A DNA stretch of 64,000 bases from Dehalococcoidia bacterium (GCA_965197585.1 OZ240215.1:2912001-2976000); one strand, 5' to 3'. Shown: positions 9,646 to 20,432, numbered from the stretch's first letter. Notes: generated by a model from the letters alone, not told the origin. Translations and numbers: made by a program.

Positions 9646-10830
9646 CTACTGCCCCTTCCAGAAGATCCGGTAGATCGTGCCGCTGCCGTAGTCCGCGACC
9701 AGCAGAGACCCGTCCGGGGCCTGTGCCACGTCCAGAGGCCTATCGATGCCTAACGCGAAGTCCGACACCTCCGTCCTGTAAGACTCCCCTTCCCTCTCAA
9801 GTTCCACTCGCACTATCTTCCGCCCCGTGTCTCGAAGGTGTGATCCCCACTGGGCGATGAACAGGCTGTTTGTGTATTCCGCCGGGAACATGGAACCCGT
9901 GTAGAAGACCAGCCCGTTCGCCGATGAACGCTCCTCCATCTCGGCGATGGGCGGGAGTGTACCCTCGCAGTTCGAGCCCTGCCCATCGCCCCAGCAGTCG
10001 GGCCAGCCGTAGTTCCCGCCGTCCACCAGCAGGTTTAGCTCCTCGGGGACGTGCAGCTCCAGCTCGTCTCTCCCGTTGTCCGCCCCAAACAGCGTGCCGT
10101 CTTCGGGATGAAAGGCGATGTCATATACGTTGCGCAGGCCGCTGGCGTAGACCCGGCGCCCGGTGCCGTCGGGGTTGATCTGCAGAATGGTTGCGCTCAG
10201 TTCGCTCCTCTCCCGGCAGGCGTTGCAAGTCGACCCCAGGGTCAGGTACATCTTCCCGTCGGGCCCAAAGGCCAGGCCGTTGTTCTGGTGTATCCCCGTC
10301 GGCAGCTCCGACACAATGGTCTCGACATCATCGGGCTGTCCGTCTCCGTCCGAGTCACGCAGCGCGGTCACCGACCCTCTGCTCGATACGTACAGCGTGT
10401 CTTCCCGGTGCGCCAACCCCAGCGGTGCGGGAAAACCGCGCGCGTACAACCCCACTGCGTCCGCCTCCCCGTCCGAGTCCATATCCCTCAAAGCAGCAAT
10501 CGTACCGTCCTGCTGACTCACGTAGACGACCCTGTCATCCGACACGGCAATGCTGGTCGGGTTGGAAAGCCCGAGAAAGAACACGTTGGCCCCGAAACCG
10601 GGCGGCACCGCCAGCCCCGCACCTCCCGCCACGAGACCTACGTCCTCTTCCACCATCTTCTCCATAGTTGGAGTGGGCTCTGCGGTCAGAGTTGGCTCCG
10701 CGGGTTTCTCGGTGGGAATCGGAGTGGCAGTCGTGTCCGATGCCCCGCACCCGATTACCACGACCGCAATAAGCAGCAGAACGAGAGCTACCGCTTGTAG
10801 AACTGTGAATGTTGGAAGTCTAGCTGCCAC
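9646..10830 (-). CDS. PQQ-dependent glucose/sorbosone dehydrogenase-family lipoprotein
   Basis: Lipobox VIGC, P/T linker, FGPDGKMY, ASGLRN, DNGRD, GGNYGWP, RPLDVAQAPDGSL. Confidence 0.85.
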   Translation of the reverse strand: MAARLPTFTVLQAVALVLLLIAVVVIGCGASDTTATPIPTEKPAEPTLTAEPTPTMEKMVEEDVGLVAGGAGLAVPPGFGANVFFLGLSNPTSIAVSDDRVVYVSQQDGTIAALRDMDSDGEADAVGLYARGFPAPLGLAHREDTLYVSSRGSVTALRDSDGDGQPDDVETIVSELPTGIHQNNGLAFGPDGKMYLTLGSTCNACRERSELSATILQINPDGTGRRVYASGLRNVYDIAFHPEDGTLFGADNGRDELELHVPEELNLLVDGGNYGWPDCWGDGQGSNCEGTLPPIAEMEERSSANGLVFYTGSMFPAEYTNSLFIAQWGSHLRDTGRKIVRVELEREGESYRTEVSDFALGIDRPLDVAQAPDGSLLVADYGSGTIYRIFWKGQ

Positions 10831-10985
10831 AAATAACCTTCGGATTGCGCATCCCCAAAGGCCATTCTACCAACTATCCTGGGCGTCTATGTACGAGCAT
10901 TGGTTGAAGGGAACTCGAAGTGGAAGGCGCTTTCCACCGCCTAAGGTCTTGTCGGAGCCCCCACCGCAAGGGCCTGTATTCGCAC

Positions 10986-11609
10986 CTAGCAGCCGATGGG
11001 TTTCGTGAAGTCGCCCTGGGCGTCGGAGAGTGTGCCGGGGAACAGGCTTGCGCTTAAGGGACCTCGGCGTAGCGGTCTGTACCAGGAGGCCGCATCGTGC
11101 AACTCGAAGCTCCGTCTACGGCTTGGGTCAAAGACCCCTATTTGCTTCCCCAACTTGGTTCGAGCCATCATGATGGGAAGCAGGAGGTCGGAGTCGTTGG
11201 AGATTACCACGGCCATTTCGTAGTCATTTTCGAAGCCGTCCATCAACAGGTAGGATGCGAGATTGACGTCGGAACCCTTCTCCTCGGTGTTGAGTATCTC
11301 GACAGTGCGCGGGCCGGTTTGAGGGTGCTTCGCCAAGGGTCTCCACTTGGTATTCACAAGGAAATATCCGTAGTGAATGCTCAGGTTTGGAACCGTTTGT
11401 AGAGCGCGAAGATAAGTCTGCTGGCGCTGCTGCTGCGTGGGGTCTCCAGGGCGGTTGACTACAAGGGCGGTGAAATAACGTATCCGGCCTATGTCGTGCT
11501 GGGGCAGCAAGAGCGCCGCCAGCTTCCCGACATCCAGCCAACGATATGGCGTACCCCGCAGGGCTCGATAGTAAACATTGAAGCCGTCAATATAGACGTT
11601 GGTGCGGAT
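10986..11609 (-). CDS. NYN (PIN-like) domain ribonuclease; start codon uncertain (ATC)
   Basis: RTNVYIDGFNVYY, EEKGSDVNLA, VVISNDSDL catalytic acidic motifs. Confidence 0.85.
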   Translation of the reverse strand: MRTNVYIDGFNVYYRALRGTPYRWLDVGKLAALLLPQHDIGRIRYFTALVVNRPGDPTQQQRQQTYLRALQTVPNLSIHYGYFLVNTKWRPLAKHPQTGPRTVEILNTEEKGSDVNLASYLLMDGFENDYEMAVVISNDSDLLLPIMMARTKLGKQIGVFDPSRRRSFELHDAASWYRPLRRGPLSASLFPGTLSDAQGDFTKPIGC

Positions 11610-11626
11610 GAGTGAATGTGTCCAAA

Positions 11627-11660
11627 TAAAAGCTAAGGCTGCCTTTCGGCAGCCTTGCGC
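11627..11660 (-). terminator. intrinsic terminator upstream of NYN gene
   Basis: AAGGCTGCC-GAAA-GGCAGCCTT followed by AGCTTTTATTT on minus strand. Confidence 0.6.
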
Positions 11661-11696
11661 CCCGCCGCCGAAGCGCACGGGGGGAGTACACAGACA

Positions 11697-11725
11697 ACTT
11701 TATAGCACGTCTAGATGTCTGTCAA
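11697..11725 (-). promoter_or_regulatory. sigma70-like promoter
   Basis: TTGACA-17 nt-TAAAGT on minus strand. Confidence 0.6.
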
Positions 11726-11769
11726 CCTGCAGCGTGACACACAGGCTTGGGTAGACTCGCGTTCTCCTC

Positions 11770-14700
11770 CTACTCTTCGACGGTAGGAATTGGCTTTGCA
11801 GGGGGCTCGGAACTGAGCCGCCCCACCACCCGACCCAATAGCCTCGGAATACTGTCGTTGAAGAGCATGTAGACAATTGGCAGTACCAGCAGCGTCAATG
11901 CCGTGGAACTGGTCAGACCCCCGATAACCACGGTGGCCAGCTCGGCGCTGATCAGGCCGCCGTTGCCCCCGGTTTCCACGGCCAGCGGCAAAAGCGCAAA
12001 ACTGGTGGTTATGGCAGTCATCAGGATAGGCCGCAGCCGCACCCGAGCCCCGGAGATAAGGGCGTCGTAGACTGTCAGGCCCCTGGCACGTTGCTGCTCG
12101 ACAAAGGAGATGAGCACTATCGCGTTGGTAACCACGATGCCGATGAGCAGCAGGACGCCCATCATGGCCGCAAGGCCGAGGGCCCGGTCCGTCACCGTAA
12201 GCGCTACCATCACGCCAACAAGGGCGAGGGGCAGCGTCAGGATGATGACCAACGGGTTCCGCAAGCTCCCTAAAGCCGCCACCATGACGAGGTAAACAAG
12301 GATGATTCCGACGGCCATCGCGGTGAATATGGCCTGGAAGCCTTCTGCAATGTCCGCGAAGATGCCGCCGCTGTTGACGGCGACTCCCGGCGGCAAGTCC
12401 AGCGCCGCAATCCTTTCGTCCACCAGGACGCCCACCGCCTGCGTGTCATCCGAGACGATATCCGCAATGATGCTGGCCGACCGACGTCCGTCCGTGCGGC
12501 TGATCGATACGGGCCCTTCCCGCAATACCGGCTCGGCCAGATCACCGAGGGGAGCCGCTCCGCCCGGTCCGACAATCATCAGAGAACCTAGCTGGTCGAC
12601 GCTGCCGGTGGATCGGGGGTCGCCGGTGAGTACAACGTCCACTGCTTCCCCATCTACATTGATCGATGTCACGCGCTGGCCGATTGTGTACTGGCTTATC
12701 TGAAGCCCGACCTGACGTGTGGTCAGGCCAATGCTGCCCGCCTTTTCCGGGTCCACCTCTATCGCCACTTCAGGCCGAGCCTCCGCCACGTCGCTTTCCA
12801 GGTTTACGATTCCGTCAATGACGCCTATGGAGGCTGCCAGTTCCTCGGTCACCTCGGAAATGTGGTTGTAGTTAGGACCCGTGACGAAGATCTCAACGCC
12901 TCCGGCGGGCGGCCCATCAGCTATCTCGGATATGCGCAGCGTCCGACCCGGCTTCTCGAATTCATCCCGCAGCGTTTCGGCTATGCCTTCCGGAGCGTCT
13001 CCCGAAAGCCGTATGAAGAAACTGGCCTGCTGCAGGCCCATGGGCCCGCCGGCCTCACCGGGACCGGTAAAGTCACCTCCGCCTATGATCACTGTGTACA
13101 CGTCGGACAGTTCGTCTACTCGAGTCTCGATCTCGGTAACGGCTTCCACGGTCTGCTCCACGCTGGAGCCGGGCGGCAGACTCAACTGGATCTGCAAGAA
13201 GCGGTCCCCGTCGCCGCCGAAGAGGTTAACCGGAATGGTGGCCATCAGGCCCAGGCTCCCGACGGTGATGACAGTTGCAGCAAGTAACGTCACCACACGA
13301 TGTCCCAGCGCCCACTTCAGGACGGTGAGGTATGTACGTTGCAGCCAGGTATCCTGTTGCGGCAGGTCTCCCTCGTCGCCTGCGCCCTCGGGCAGGTCGC
13401 CGGGGCGCAGGAGGAACGCTCCCAGGACTGGCACTGCGGTCAGCGCAACCAGCAGGGAGGCAATCAGCGCGAAGCTCACCGTCAGGGCGAAGGGCAGGAA
13501 GAAGGAGCCGACCAGCCCTTGAATGAAGGCCAGAGGCACAAAGACTACAACCGTGGTCATTGTCGAAGCGAAGATCGCAGGGCCGACCTCCCTCGTAGCC
13601 TCCAGCGCTGCCCGCCATCGCTCACGACCCCCCTGTATGTGACGATAAACGTTCTCCAGCACCACGATGGAGTCGTCCACGACCCGGCCCACGGAGATGG
13701 CCAGGCCTCCCAGCGTCATGAAGTTCAGGGTCATGTCCTGCCAGTTCATCAGCAGGATGCCGGTGAACACGCTCAGGGGTATCGACAGACCGATGACAAC
13801 GGTGGGGCGCAGCGTGTTGAAAAACCCACGCACGACCGTGGGGCGGATGGTCAACATGAAGGCAAAGACAACCGACACCGCAAATAGGAACCCGAACGTG
13901 CCCTCGCGGACAAGGTTGTCTATCTGGCCCTGGATTTCGGGGCCCTGGTCGGTCACTACTATTACGTCGACGTCGTCGGAGATGCCGTCCAGGTTGGCAA
14001 TGACATCGTTGACGGCGTTGGTGACGTCAACGGTGTTGGCTTCCGGTTCTTTTGACACGCTGACCGAGAGACCCGGTTTGCCGTTGGTTCGGGAGATGCT
14101 GGATGTCCGACCCGAGCCGAATGTAACGTTCGCCACGTCCGAGAGCCGCACCGGTCCTTCCTCGTTCACACCCACGACCAGGTTCCGCAAGTCGTCCACC
14201 GACTCCAGGGAGTGGGTGGTCTTTGCTATCACGGCCTGAGTCCCATCGAAGAGCAGACCGGCGGGGAGGGTCACGTTGTTGTCGCGAAGGGCGGAAGAGA
14301 CCTGGAAGAGGGATATGCCGTTGGCCGACATCTTTTCAAGGTCCGCAGTGACAATGAAGTTGCGGTCAACGTCCCCGACCAGCTGGACCTGCGTGACCCC
14401 CTCAATGTCCTCGATCTCCGGGATGATCAGGTCTTGCACCAGCGCCTGCACCTCGACGAGCGGCCTGTCAGACACCACGCCGAACTGGATCACGGGAAAG
14501 GCGTCAGGATCGAAGCGGCCCACGGTGGGGTCATCCACGGCGGCCGGGAAGTTCACGCCATTGAGGGCATTCTCAATAAACGCTTCGGCTGCGGCCATAT
14601 CCGTGCCGTATTTGAATGTAGCAAAGACCGCGGTGTTGCCTTCGGAGGACGTGGATTGAACGGTCTCCAGTCCATCGGCGCCCGAGATAGCCCGCTCAAT

Positions 14701-14901
14701 CGGGTCAGTGACATCGCGGACCACGGCCTCGGGGTCGGCGGACGGATAAGACGCAAATACCGTGACCAGTGGAAACTCGATTTGCGGGAACAGTTCCACC
14801 TGCATCGAGCGATAGGAAATCACGCCGGAGACCAGGACAAGAATGATCGCCAGAAGGGTAACGGTCGGGCGGCGCAAGGCGAATGCGGTAAGGAAGGTCA
14901 C
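11770..14901 (-). CDS. RND efflux permease (AcrB/SwrC-like)
   Basis: 1043 aa; GRVVDDSIVVLEN, GIVVTNAIVLI, RLRPILMTA motifs. Confidence 0.95.
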   Translation of the reverse strand: MTFLTAFALRRPTVTLLAIILVLVSGVISYRSMQVELFPQIEFPLVTVFASYPSADPEAVVRDVTDPIERAISGADGLETVQSTSSEGNTAVFATFKYGTDMAAAEAFIENALNGVNFPAAVDDPTVGRFDPDAFPVIQFGVVSDRPLVEVQALVQDLIIPEIEDIEGVTQVQLVGDVDRNFIVTADLEKMSANGISLFQVSSALRDNNVTLPAGLLFDGTQAVIAKTTHSLESVDDLRNLVVGVNEEGPVRLSDVANVTFGSGRTSSISRTNGKPGLSVSVSKEPEANTVDVTNAVNDVIANLDGISDDVDVIVVTDQGPEIQGQIDNLVREGTFGFLFAVSVVFAFMLTIRPTVVRGFFNTLRPTVVIGLSIPLSVFTGILLMNWQDMTLNFMTLGGLAISVGRVVDDSIVVLENVYRHIQGGRERWRAALEATREVGPAIFASTMTTVVVFVPLAFIQGLVGSFFLPFALTVSFALIASLLVALTAVPVLGAFLLRPGDLPEGAGDEGDLPQQDTWLQRTYLTVLKWALGHRVVTLLAATVITVGSLGLMATIPVNLFGGDGDRFLQIQLSLPPGSSVEQTVEAVTEIETRVDELSDVYTVIIGGGDFTGPGEAGGPMGLQQASFFIRLSGDAPEGIAETLRDEFEKPGRTLRISEIADGPPAGGVEIFVTGPNYNHISEVTEELAASIGVIDGIVNLESDVAEARPEVAIEVDPEKAGSIGLTTRQVGLQISQYTIGQRVTSINVDGEAVDVVLTGDPRSTGSVDQLGSLMIVGPGGAAPLGDLAEPVLREGPVSISRTDGRRSASIIADIVSDDTQAVGVLVDERIAALDLPPGVAVNSGGIFADIAEGFQAIFTAMAVGIILVYLVMVAALGSLRNPLVIILTLPLALVGVMVALTVTDRALGLAAMMGVLLLIGIVVTNAIVLISFVEQQRARGLTVYDALISGARVRLRPILMTAITTSFALLPLAVETGGNGGLISAELATVVIGGLTSSTALTLLVLPIVYMLFNDSIPRLLGRVVGRLSSEPPAKPIPTVEE

Positions 14902-15123
14902 TTGGCAGCTCCTGCTGTTCTGTCCTCTGCGGCAGAGGGTCGGTTGTGTAGGGTTATAAGACCGGGGGACACAAAGGAGGGTTGGCAGAACTTTGTGAAA
15001 TTCTTACCAATATTTTAGCACGATGTTGTAGCACAAGGATGGCCCGACTCTGAAACCTCAGCCTATCCTGGTTCCCGCCGAGTCCGTTGCCGTCATGTAT
15101 AATCCCAACGGAGCCTTCTCACC

Positions 15124-16119
15124 ATGACTTCCAACTACAACGGCAACCCCATGAAGGTCCGCATCGGCATTGGCCTTGGGTCCTGGCCCTTCGGCGCGAT
15201 CACCCCCGCCTCCGTCTTCGATTTCATAGACCGCTGCGAGGCCCTGGACATCGACTCCCTATGGCTCAGCGACCGGATCGCAGGCAGGGATGACATCATG
15301 GAACCTGTCACCTTCATGGCCTTCATGGCCTCCCGATTGCGGAACATGATGTTCGGCACCAGTGTTATCGTCCTCCCGGTGCGACACCCGGTCGTGCTGG
15401 CCAAGGAACTCGCCACCCTGGACCTGCTATCCGGGGGCCGGCTGCTCCCCGCCGTGGGCATCGGCCCGCCTACATCTGAGGACTTCCGGGCCACGGGCAT
15501 CGAGCAGAAGGGCCGGGGGCGTCGCACCGACGAAGCCATCCGCCTGATGAAGCGCCTCTGGACCGAGGACAGCGTCACCTTCCACGGCGAGTACTACTCC
15601 ATCGAGGACATATCCGTCACCCCCAAACCCGCTCAGGTCGGAGGCCCGCCCATCTGGATCGGGGGCAGGTCCAAGGCCGCATATAGACGGGCCGGCACCC
15701 TGGGAGACGGCTGGCTGTCGTCCAGCATAACCGTCGAGGAGACCCGCGAGGGAGTGAAGGCCATCAAAGGCTACGCCGCCGAGGCCAACCGGGAGGTCCC
15801 CGAGGACCATTTCGGCATCTACCTCCCCTTCCTCTTCACCGACAACCGTGCCCGAGACCTCGACATCGCCAGGCCCTTCCTTCACGGCAGGCCCGACGTA
15901 CCCGACTCCGCAATCTCCGCAGTCGGCAACCCGGACGAGGTGCGGGCTCGGGTGCAAGAATACATCGACCAGGGCGCTACCAAGTTCGTCATGCGGCCCG
16001 CCTGCCCCGGCAGCATGTGGTTCGATCAACTGGAGACCCTCGCCCGCGAGGTCATCCAGCCCATCCAGACCCCCTTCAGCGTTCGTGAGCGACAGAAACG
16101 GGCAGCCGCCGCCGGTTGA
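15124..16119 (+). CDS. LLM-class flavin-dependent oxidoreductase
   Basis: SLWLSD, RHPVVLAKELATLDLLSGGRL, PPIWIGG, GDGW. Confidence 0.92.
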   Translation: MTSNYNGNPMKVRIGIGLGSWPFGAITPASVFDFIDRCEALDIDSLWLSDRIAGRDDIMEPVTFMAFMASRLRNMMFGTSVIVLPVRHPVVLAKELATLDLLSGGRLLPAVGIGPPTSEDFRATGIEQKGRGRRTDEAIRLMKRLWTEDSVTFHGEYYSIEDISVTPKPAQVGGPPIWIGGRSKAAYRRAGTLGDGWLSSSITVEETREGVKAIKGYAAEANREVPEDHFGIYLPFLFTDNRARDLDIARPFLHGRPDVPDSAISAVGNPDEVRARVQEYIDQGATKFVMRPACPGSMWFDQLETLAREVIQPIQTPFSVRERQKRAAAAG

Positions 16120-16212
16120 CCCCCGACATGCCCTTTCCCTTCCATTGGAACCCCATAATAGAAGCTAGGATTTAGACAAACGCGGGCCGAAACCCGCACC
16201 CGGAGGTGTAAC

Positions 16213-17040
16213 TTGCCCTACGAAAACGTGCTATATGAGACCGACGGCCGCGTCGCGACTATTACGATGAACCGGCCCGACAAACTAAACGCCCTCAGCG
16301 AGGGGCTCATCGACGACATCGTCGCCGCAGCAGAAGAGGCGGAAGCCGACCGCGAAGTCCGCTCGATCATCCTTAAGGCCGCCGGCCGGGCCTTCTCCGC
16401 AGGCTACGACATTTCCCCAGGCGCACACGGCGACGGCTCCGACGACCTATACGGCGAGCTCATGCGCTTCCGCAAGACGAACATGCAGTGGGGCAAGCTC
16501 TGGAACCTCTCCAAGCCCATCATCGCTCAGGTCCACGGCTACTGCCTCGCAGGCGCCACAGACCTCGCTACCTCCTGCGACATGATCATCGCCGCCGAGA
16601 ACAGCACCTTCGGCCTCCCCGACGTCCGGGGCATCGAGTCGGTCGAAAATCACATGTGGACCTATCTGGTCGGGCCTCAGTGGGCCAAGCGCATGATGAT
16701 GACCGGCGACCCCATCGACGGCAAGACCGCCGAGCGTATCGGCCTCATCATGCAGGCCGTCCCCGCCGACGATCTGGACGCAGAAGTGAAACGCCTCGCC
16801 GGTCGGGTGGCCAACATCCCCCTGGAGCTTCTCGCCCCTCACAAGTCGTTGATCAACAAGGTCATGGGCCTCATGGGGCACGCGGTCGCCCAGCAGCTCG
16901 CCTTCGACACCGTGTCCATCACCCACTACTCGGACTCCCGCAAGAACTTCACCGCGATGGCCGAAAAAGAAGGCCTCCGAGCCGCCCTCCTCAACCGTGA
17001 CGGCCCCTTCGGCGACTACACCGCCCGGCCTAAGAAGTAG
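16213..17040 (+). CDS. enoyl-CoA hydratase/crotonase family protein
   Basis: MNRPDKLNAL, AFSAGYD, KPIIAQVHGYCLAG; TTG start after GGAGG. Confidence 0.92.
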   Translation: MPYENVLYETDGRVATITMNRPDKLNALSEGLIDDIVAAAEEAEADREVRSIILKAAGRAFSAGYDISPGAHGDGSDDLYGELMRFRKTNMQWGKLWNLSKPIIAQVHGYCLAGATDLATSCDMIIAAENSTFGLPDVRGIESVENHMWTYLVGPQWAKRMMMTGDPIDGKTAERIGLIMQAVPADDLDAEVKRLAGRVANIPLELLAPHKSLINKVMGLMGHAVAQQLAFDTVSITHYSDSRKNFTAMAEKEGLRAALLNRDGPFGDYTARPKK

Positions 17041-17078
17041 AGCCGATTAGAACCTACGCTATTCGCCCTTCGGCGAAG

Positions 17079-17112
17079 AAACACCGGCAATGCGTTGCAT
17101 TGCCGGTGTTTT
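17079..17112. terminator. bidirectional intrinsic terminator
   Basis: AAACACCGGCAATGC-GTT-GCATTGCCGGTGTTTT between convergent genes. Confidence 0.8.
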
Positions 17113-17300
17113 GGCTTTTCTCTAGGGTTGTGGGGCCACTCGTGCTTAGTCCGTCGAAATAGGAGCATCGAGACCAGACTTTGCCTTCTTAAGTACTAGG
17201 GCAAACTATAGCAATTGCACCAATTGTTGCTTAGTCAGTAAGTTATTGGCCTGACTTTAAGAGCATCCCTTAATGCGTATCTCGTAGCAATCATATTTGT

Positions 17301-18314
17301 CTAGACTTTATTTCTGGTCAAAAGGGTCAAGTCATTCCTAATGTGGAGTGTTGGAGTTTCGAACTTTGAGGGGTCTACACCTTCTACTTGAATCTGTTCT
17401 GGGGTGGCGACATTGGCAAACACAGCCCACGTTAATTTCGACTCAGTCTTTGCCTCGTAATACAAATACCGTTCCAAAGGTATGTGTGCTGTCAATCCGC
17501 CTTGATGCCTTGTCCACAGTTCCTTAACTAGCTCTCCAAATGGAGATTCCGCTCGGGCTGGGTGAACCAGATGGGGAAGTACTCTTTTGGCACGCGTTGG
17601 CGTGTACTGCTCAGACGCGGATATCGTTTGTGGGAGCAGCAGAGTACCCTCAAGAAACACAACTAGATCGGGACACAATACATCGTTGTTTATGTTGGCT
17701 ATGTTCTTTACATAGTGTCCTAGCAAAGTTGCTTTCGGGCCAGACTTGTGTGGCACCGATGGGTCTGGAAGAGTTATAGCCACGCTAGCTCTATCCGCCA
17801 AGACGAATCCGAAGATATCACCCTTATTGGTGTGGTCGCGGTGGAAGCCATGTACTGACCCAGACCCGTGGTCGCCATACCTTCTTCCGACATAGACCCC
17901 GTCTTTCGTCGTCACATAAGCCCTTTGTAACGCCTTCACTGATCGGATTTTCTCGAAGGAATCAGCCAGTTCTCGTTTTCCGATTGTGCTTTTAACTTCC
18001 CCCACTGCCAATACGCCTTCGGCAGGATAGTAAGTGGTTTCAGGGCTGTTGTTGATGCAGAACACGGGGCACAAATCCCTTTCGTAAAGAACGACATCCA
18101 TCTGCCGACTAGTGCCCCCTTTGGTGTCGATCACGCAACCGGAACCTACGCCAATCCCTCTGGGCAGTATCTGTTCGAGTCGTTCTCGAACGGGTTCCTC
18201 CATCGCATCCCCAACAAGCTCAGGCGTGGTAGCTTCACGAGCATTGTCGAACGCTCGGACGAGATCAAGGCCAATTCTTCTAACGAATTCAGCCGGGTCG
18301 AAAGTAGATTTCAT
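17301..18314 (-). CDS. DUF6602-like PD-(D/E)xK nuclease-fold protein
   Basis: GDAMEEPVR...LP...GSGCVID..GGTSRQMDVVLYE...PAEGVLAVGEVKS; low GC. Confidence 0.7.
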   Translation of the reverse strand: MKSTFDPAEFVRRIGLDLVRAFDNAREATTPELVGDAMEEPVRERLEQILPRGIGVGSGCVIDTKGGTSRQMDVVLYERDLCPVFCINNSPETTYYPAEGVLAVGEVKSTIGKRELADSFEKIRSVKALQRAYVTTKDGVYVGRRYGDHGSGSVHGFHRDHTNKGDIFGFVLADRASVAITLPDPSVPHKSGPKATLLGHYVKNIANINNDVLCPDLVVFLEGTLLLPQTISASEQYTPTRAKRVLPHLVHPARAESPFGELVKELWTRHQGGLTAHIPLERYLYYEAKTESKLTWAVFANVATPEQIQVEGVDPSKFETPTLHIRNDLTLLTRNKV

Positions 18315-18507
18315 ATTATTGGTCCTCTTACTTCCTTCTCAGATGCCGCCCGGAACCTGGGCCGCCTTGTGGCCAAGTATATAGTTTTCTAAAATACTGC
18401 ATGGAGATGGCACCCGCGTTCGCGTTGACTTGCCCCCATGCGGTTGCTATATTTCCCCCCAATTCCCGCACAGGCCGTAGTGTAGGCTAACCATAACCGG
18501 AGGCTGA

Positions 18508-19660
18508 ATGTACCTTCCCAGGATCAAGGAATTGCGTAGGGCCTACGGGTTCGAAGAAGTAGCCATCGTTCCGGGAGAGGTCACCATAAATCCGGAGCTC
18601 GCCAACACCACCTTCTCCCTTGGCCCCCACTCCTTTTCCATTCCCCTGATCGCCTCCGCCATGGACGGCGTCGTTGATCCCAACATGGCCATTATGATGC
18701 ACGAGTTCGGGGGGCTGGGAGTGCTCAACCTGGAAGGCATCCATGGCCGGTACGAAGACCCTGAGGACATACTTGAGGAAATATCCCACGCCTCCGAAGA
18801 CGACATCACACCCCTATTCCAGAAAATCTACTCCTCACCCATAAAAGACCAGGCAATCGCCGGCTGCATAACCCGCATCAAGGACTCGGGCGCGGTCTGC
18901 GCCGTCTCCGTCACACCCCAGAACACCAAGAGGGTCGCTCCCATCGCCGTCGAGGCTGGCGCCGACATCCTCGTAGTCCAGTCGACAGTCACTACTGCTC
19001 GACATGTCTCCCGCAGCTACAAGGGCCTCATATTCCAGGAGCTATGCCAGCAGCTTTCGATACCGGTGGTCGTCGGCAACTCCGTCGGGTTCAACACGGC
19101 CCTGGAGCTTATGGAGACAGGCATTGCCGGTCTGCTGGTGGGTGTCGGACCCGGCGCCGCGTGCACCAGCAGGGAGGTGCTCGGAATTGGGGTGCCTCAA
19201 ATCACCGCAACCCTCGAATGTGCCGCCGCCCGAGATGAGTACGTTCGCAGGACGGGACGAGACGTCGCCATCATCACCGACGGCGGCCTCAGGACTGGTG
19301 GCGACATCTGCAAGGCCATAGCCTCCGGCGCCGACGCCATAATGCTCGGCACCCCCCTCGCCCAGGCCCACGAGGCCCCCGGCCGAGGCTACAACTGGGG
19401 CATGGCCAGCCCCCACCCCGACCTCCCCAGGGGCACCCGGATCAAGGTCGGGACCCGGGGCTCGCTGAAAGAGATTCTCCTTGGCCCATCATCCGTCGCC
19501 GACGGCACCATGAACCTGGTCGGGGCCCTGCGCACGGCCATGGGCATGTGTGGCGCCCTGACCATCAAGGACATGCACCAGGCCGAGATGATCATCGCCC
19601 CCTCCATCAAGACCGAGGGCAAGGTCTTCCAGATGCAGCAAAGGGCCAACTCCCGCAACT
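18508..19660 (+). CDS. GuaB3-family IMP dehydrogenase-related protein
   Basis: RRAYGFEEVAIVP, ASAMDGVV, VGVGPGAACTSREVLGIGVPQ, ITDGG, WGMA; TAA read at 19658-19660 by my count (track gives 19662). Confidence 0.9.
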
Positions 19661-19816
19661 AATATCCGACCCCGTAATTCCCGGCTCCGGTCGGGCTGAA
19701 AGTCCGCCTTCGGCGGAGCGTGAATCCATTCCCCGGGCGGGGCCGCTCATCCTGAGCACCGTCGAAGGGTCGAGCGGGGGGAGGTATCACTAACGAGACC
19801 CACCAGGAGACCCACA

Positions 19817-20338
19817 ATGCGCGAAAGGCTCCTCCAAGGCGACCGCTTCCCGAAAATCAAGCTGGACCTGACAGACGGCTCGACTATCACACTCCCCGAC
19901 GAGGCCCCCGGACGCTACTTCGCGCTCCTCTTCTACCGCGGCGAGTGGTGACCTTACTGCAGGGTGCAGTTGGTCACCTATCAGAAAAGCATGGCCGAGC
20001 TGGAACAGCTTGGCGTGTACGTCATCGGGGCGACCATCGAAGACCGGGACACGGCGGCTCGTATGGCCGAAGAGGAGGGCATAACCTTCCCCATTGCCTA
20101 TGGAGTCACGCAAGAGAGCATCGGACCTCTCGCCCCTTTGTGGGGAGAAGAAAAGGGCTACGGCCTCACCGTCGAGCCCATGGAGTTCCTCGTGCGTCAC
20201 AACTTTGTAATCGGCTCCATGTACGCCTCGGGGCCGGTCGGGCGGATGGACGTCTCCCAGCTTATCCATTTCATCAAGCTCCGGGAGAAATCACGGCAGC
20301 GGGCCTTACACAGCACGGCTGCGTCGCGCGAACCTTGA
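19817..20338 (+). CDS. selenocysteine-containing peroxiredoxin-like (AhpC/TSA, redoxin) protein
   Basis: AGGAG RBS, ATG 19817, MRERLLQGDRFPKIKL...LLFYRGEW-U(TGA 19949)-PYCRVQL continuing in frame into track ORF 19964-20338. Confidence 0.85.
19949..19976 (+). promoter_or_regulatory. candidate bacterial SECIS hairpin
   Basis: TGACC..ACTGCA-GGG-TGCAGT..GGTCA stem-loop at the in-frame UGA. Confidence 0.65.
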
Positions 20339-20432
20339 TCGGATTGTTGAAGAAATGAATAAAGCGCCCTTCTTGGACGCTTTCAACTCTTGATTGAGGA
20401 GATGTGTGTTTGCTTCTTGGATTGCCAGCAGA

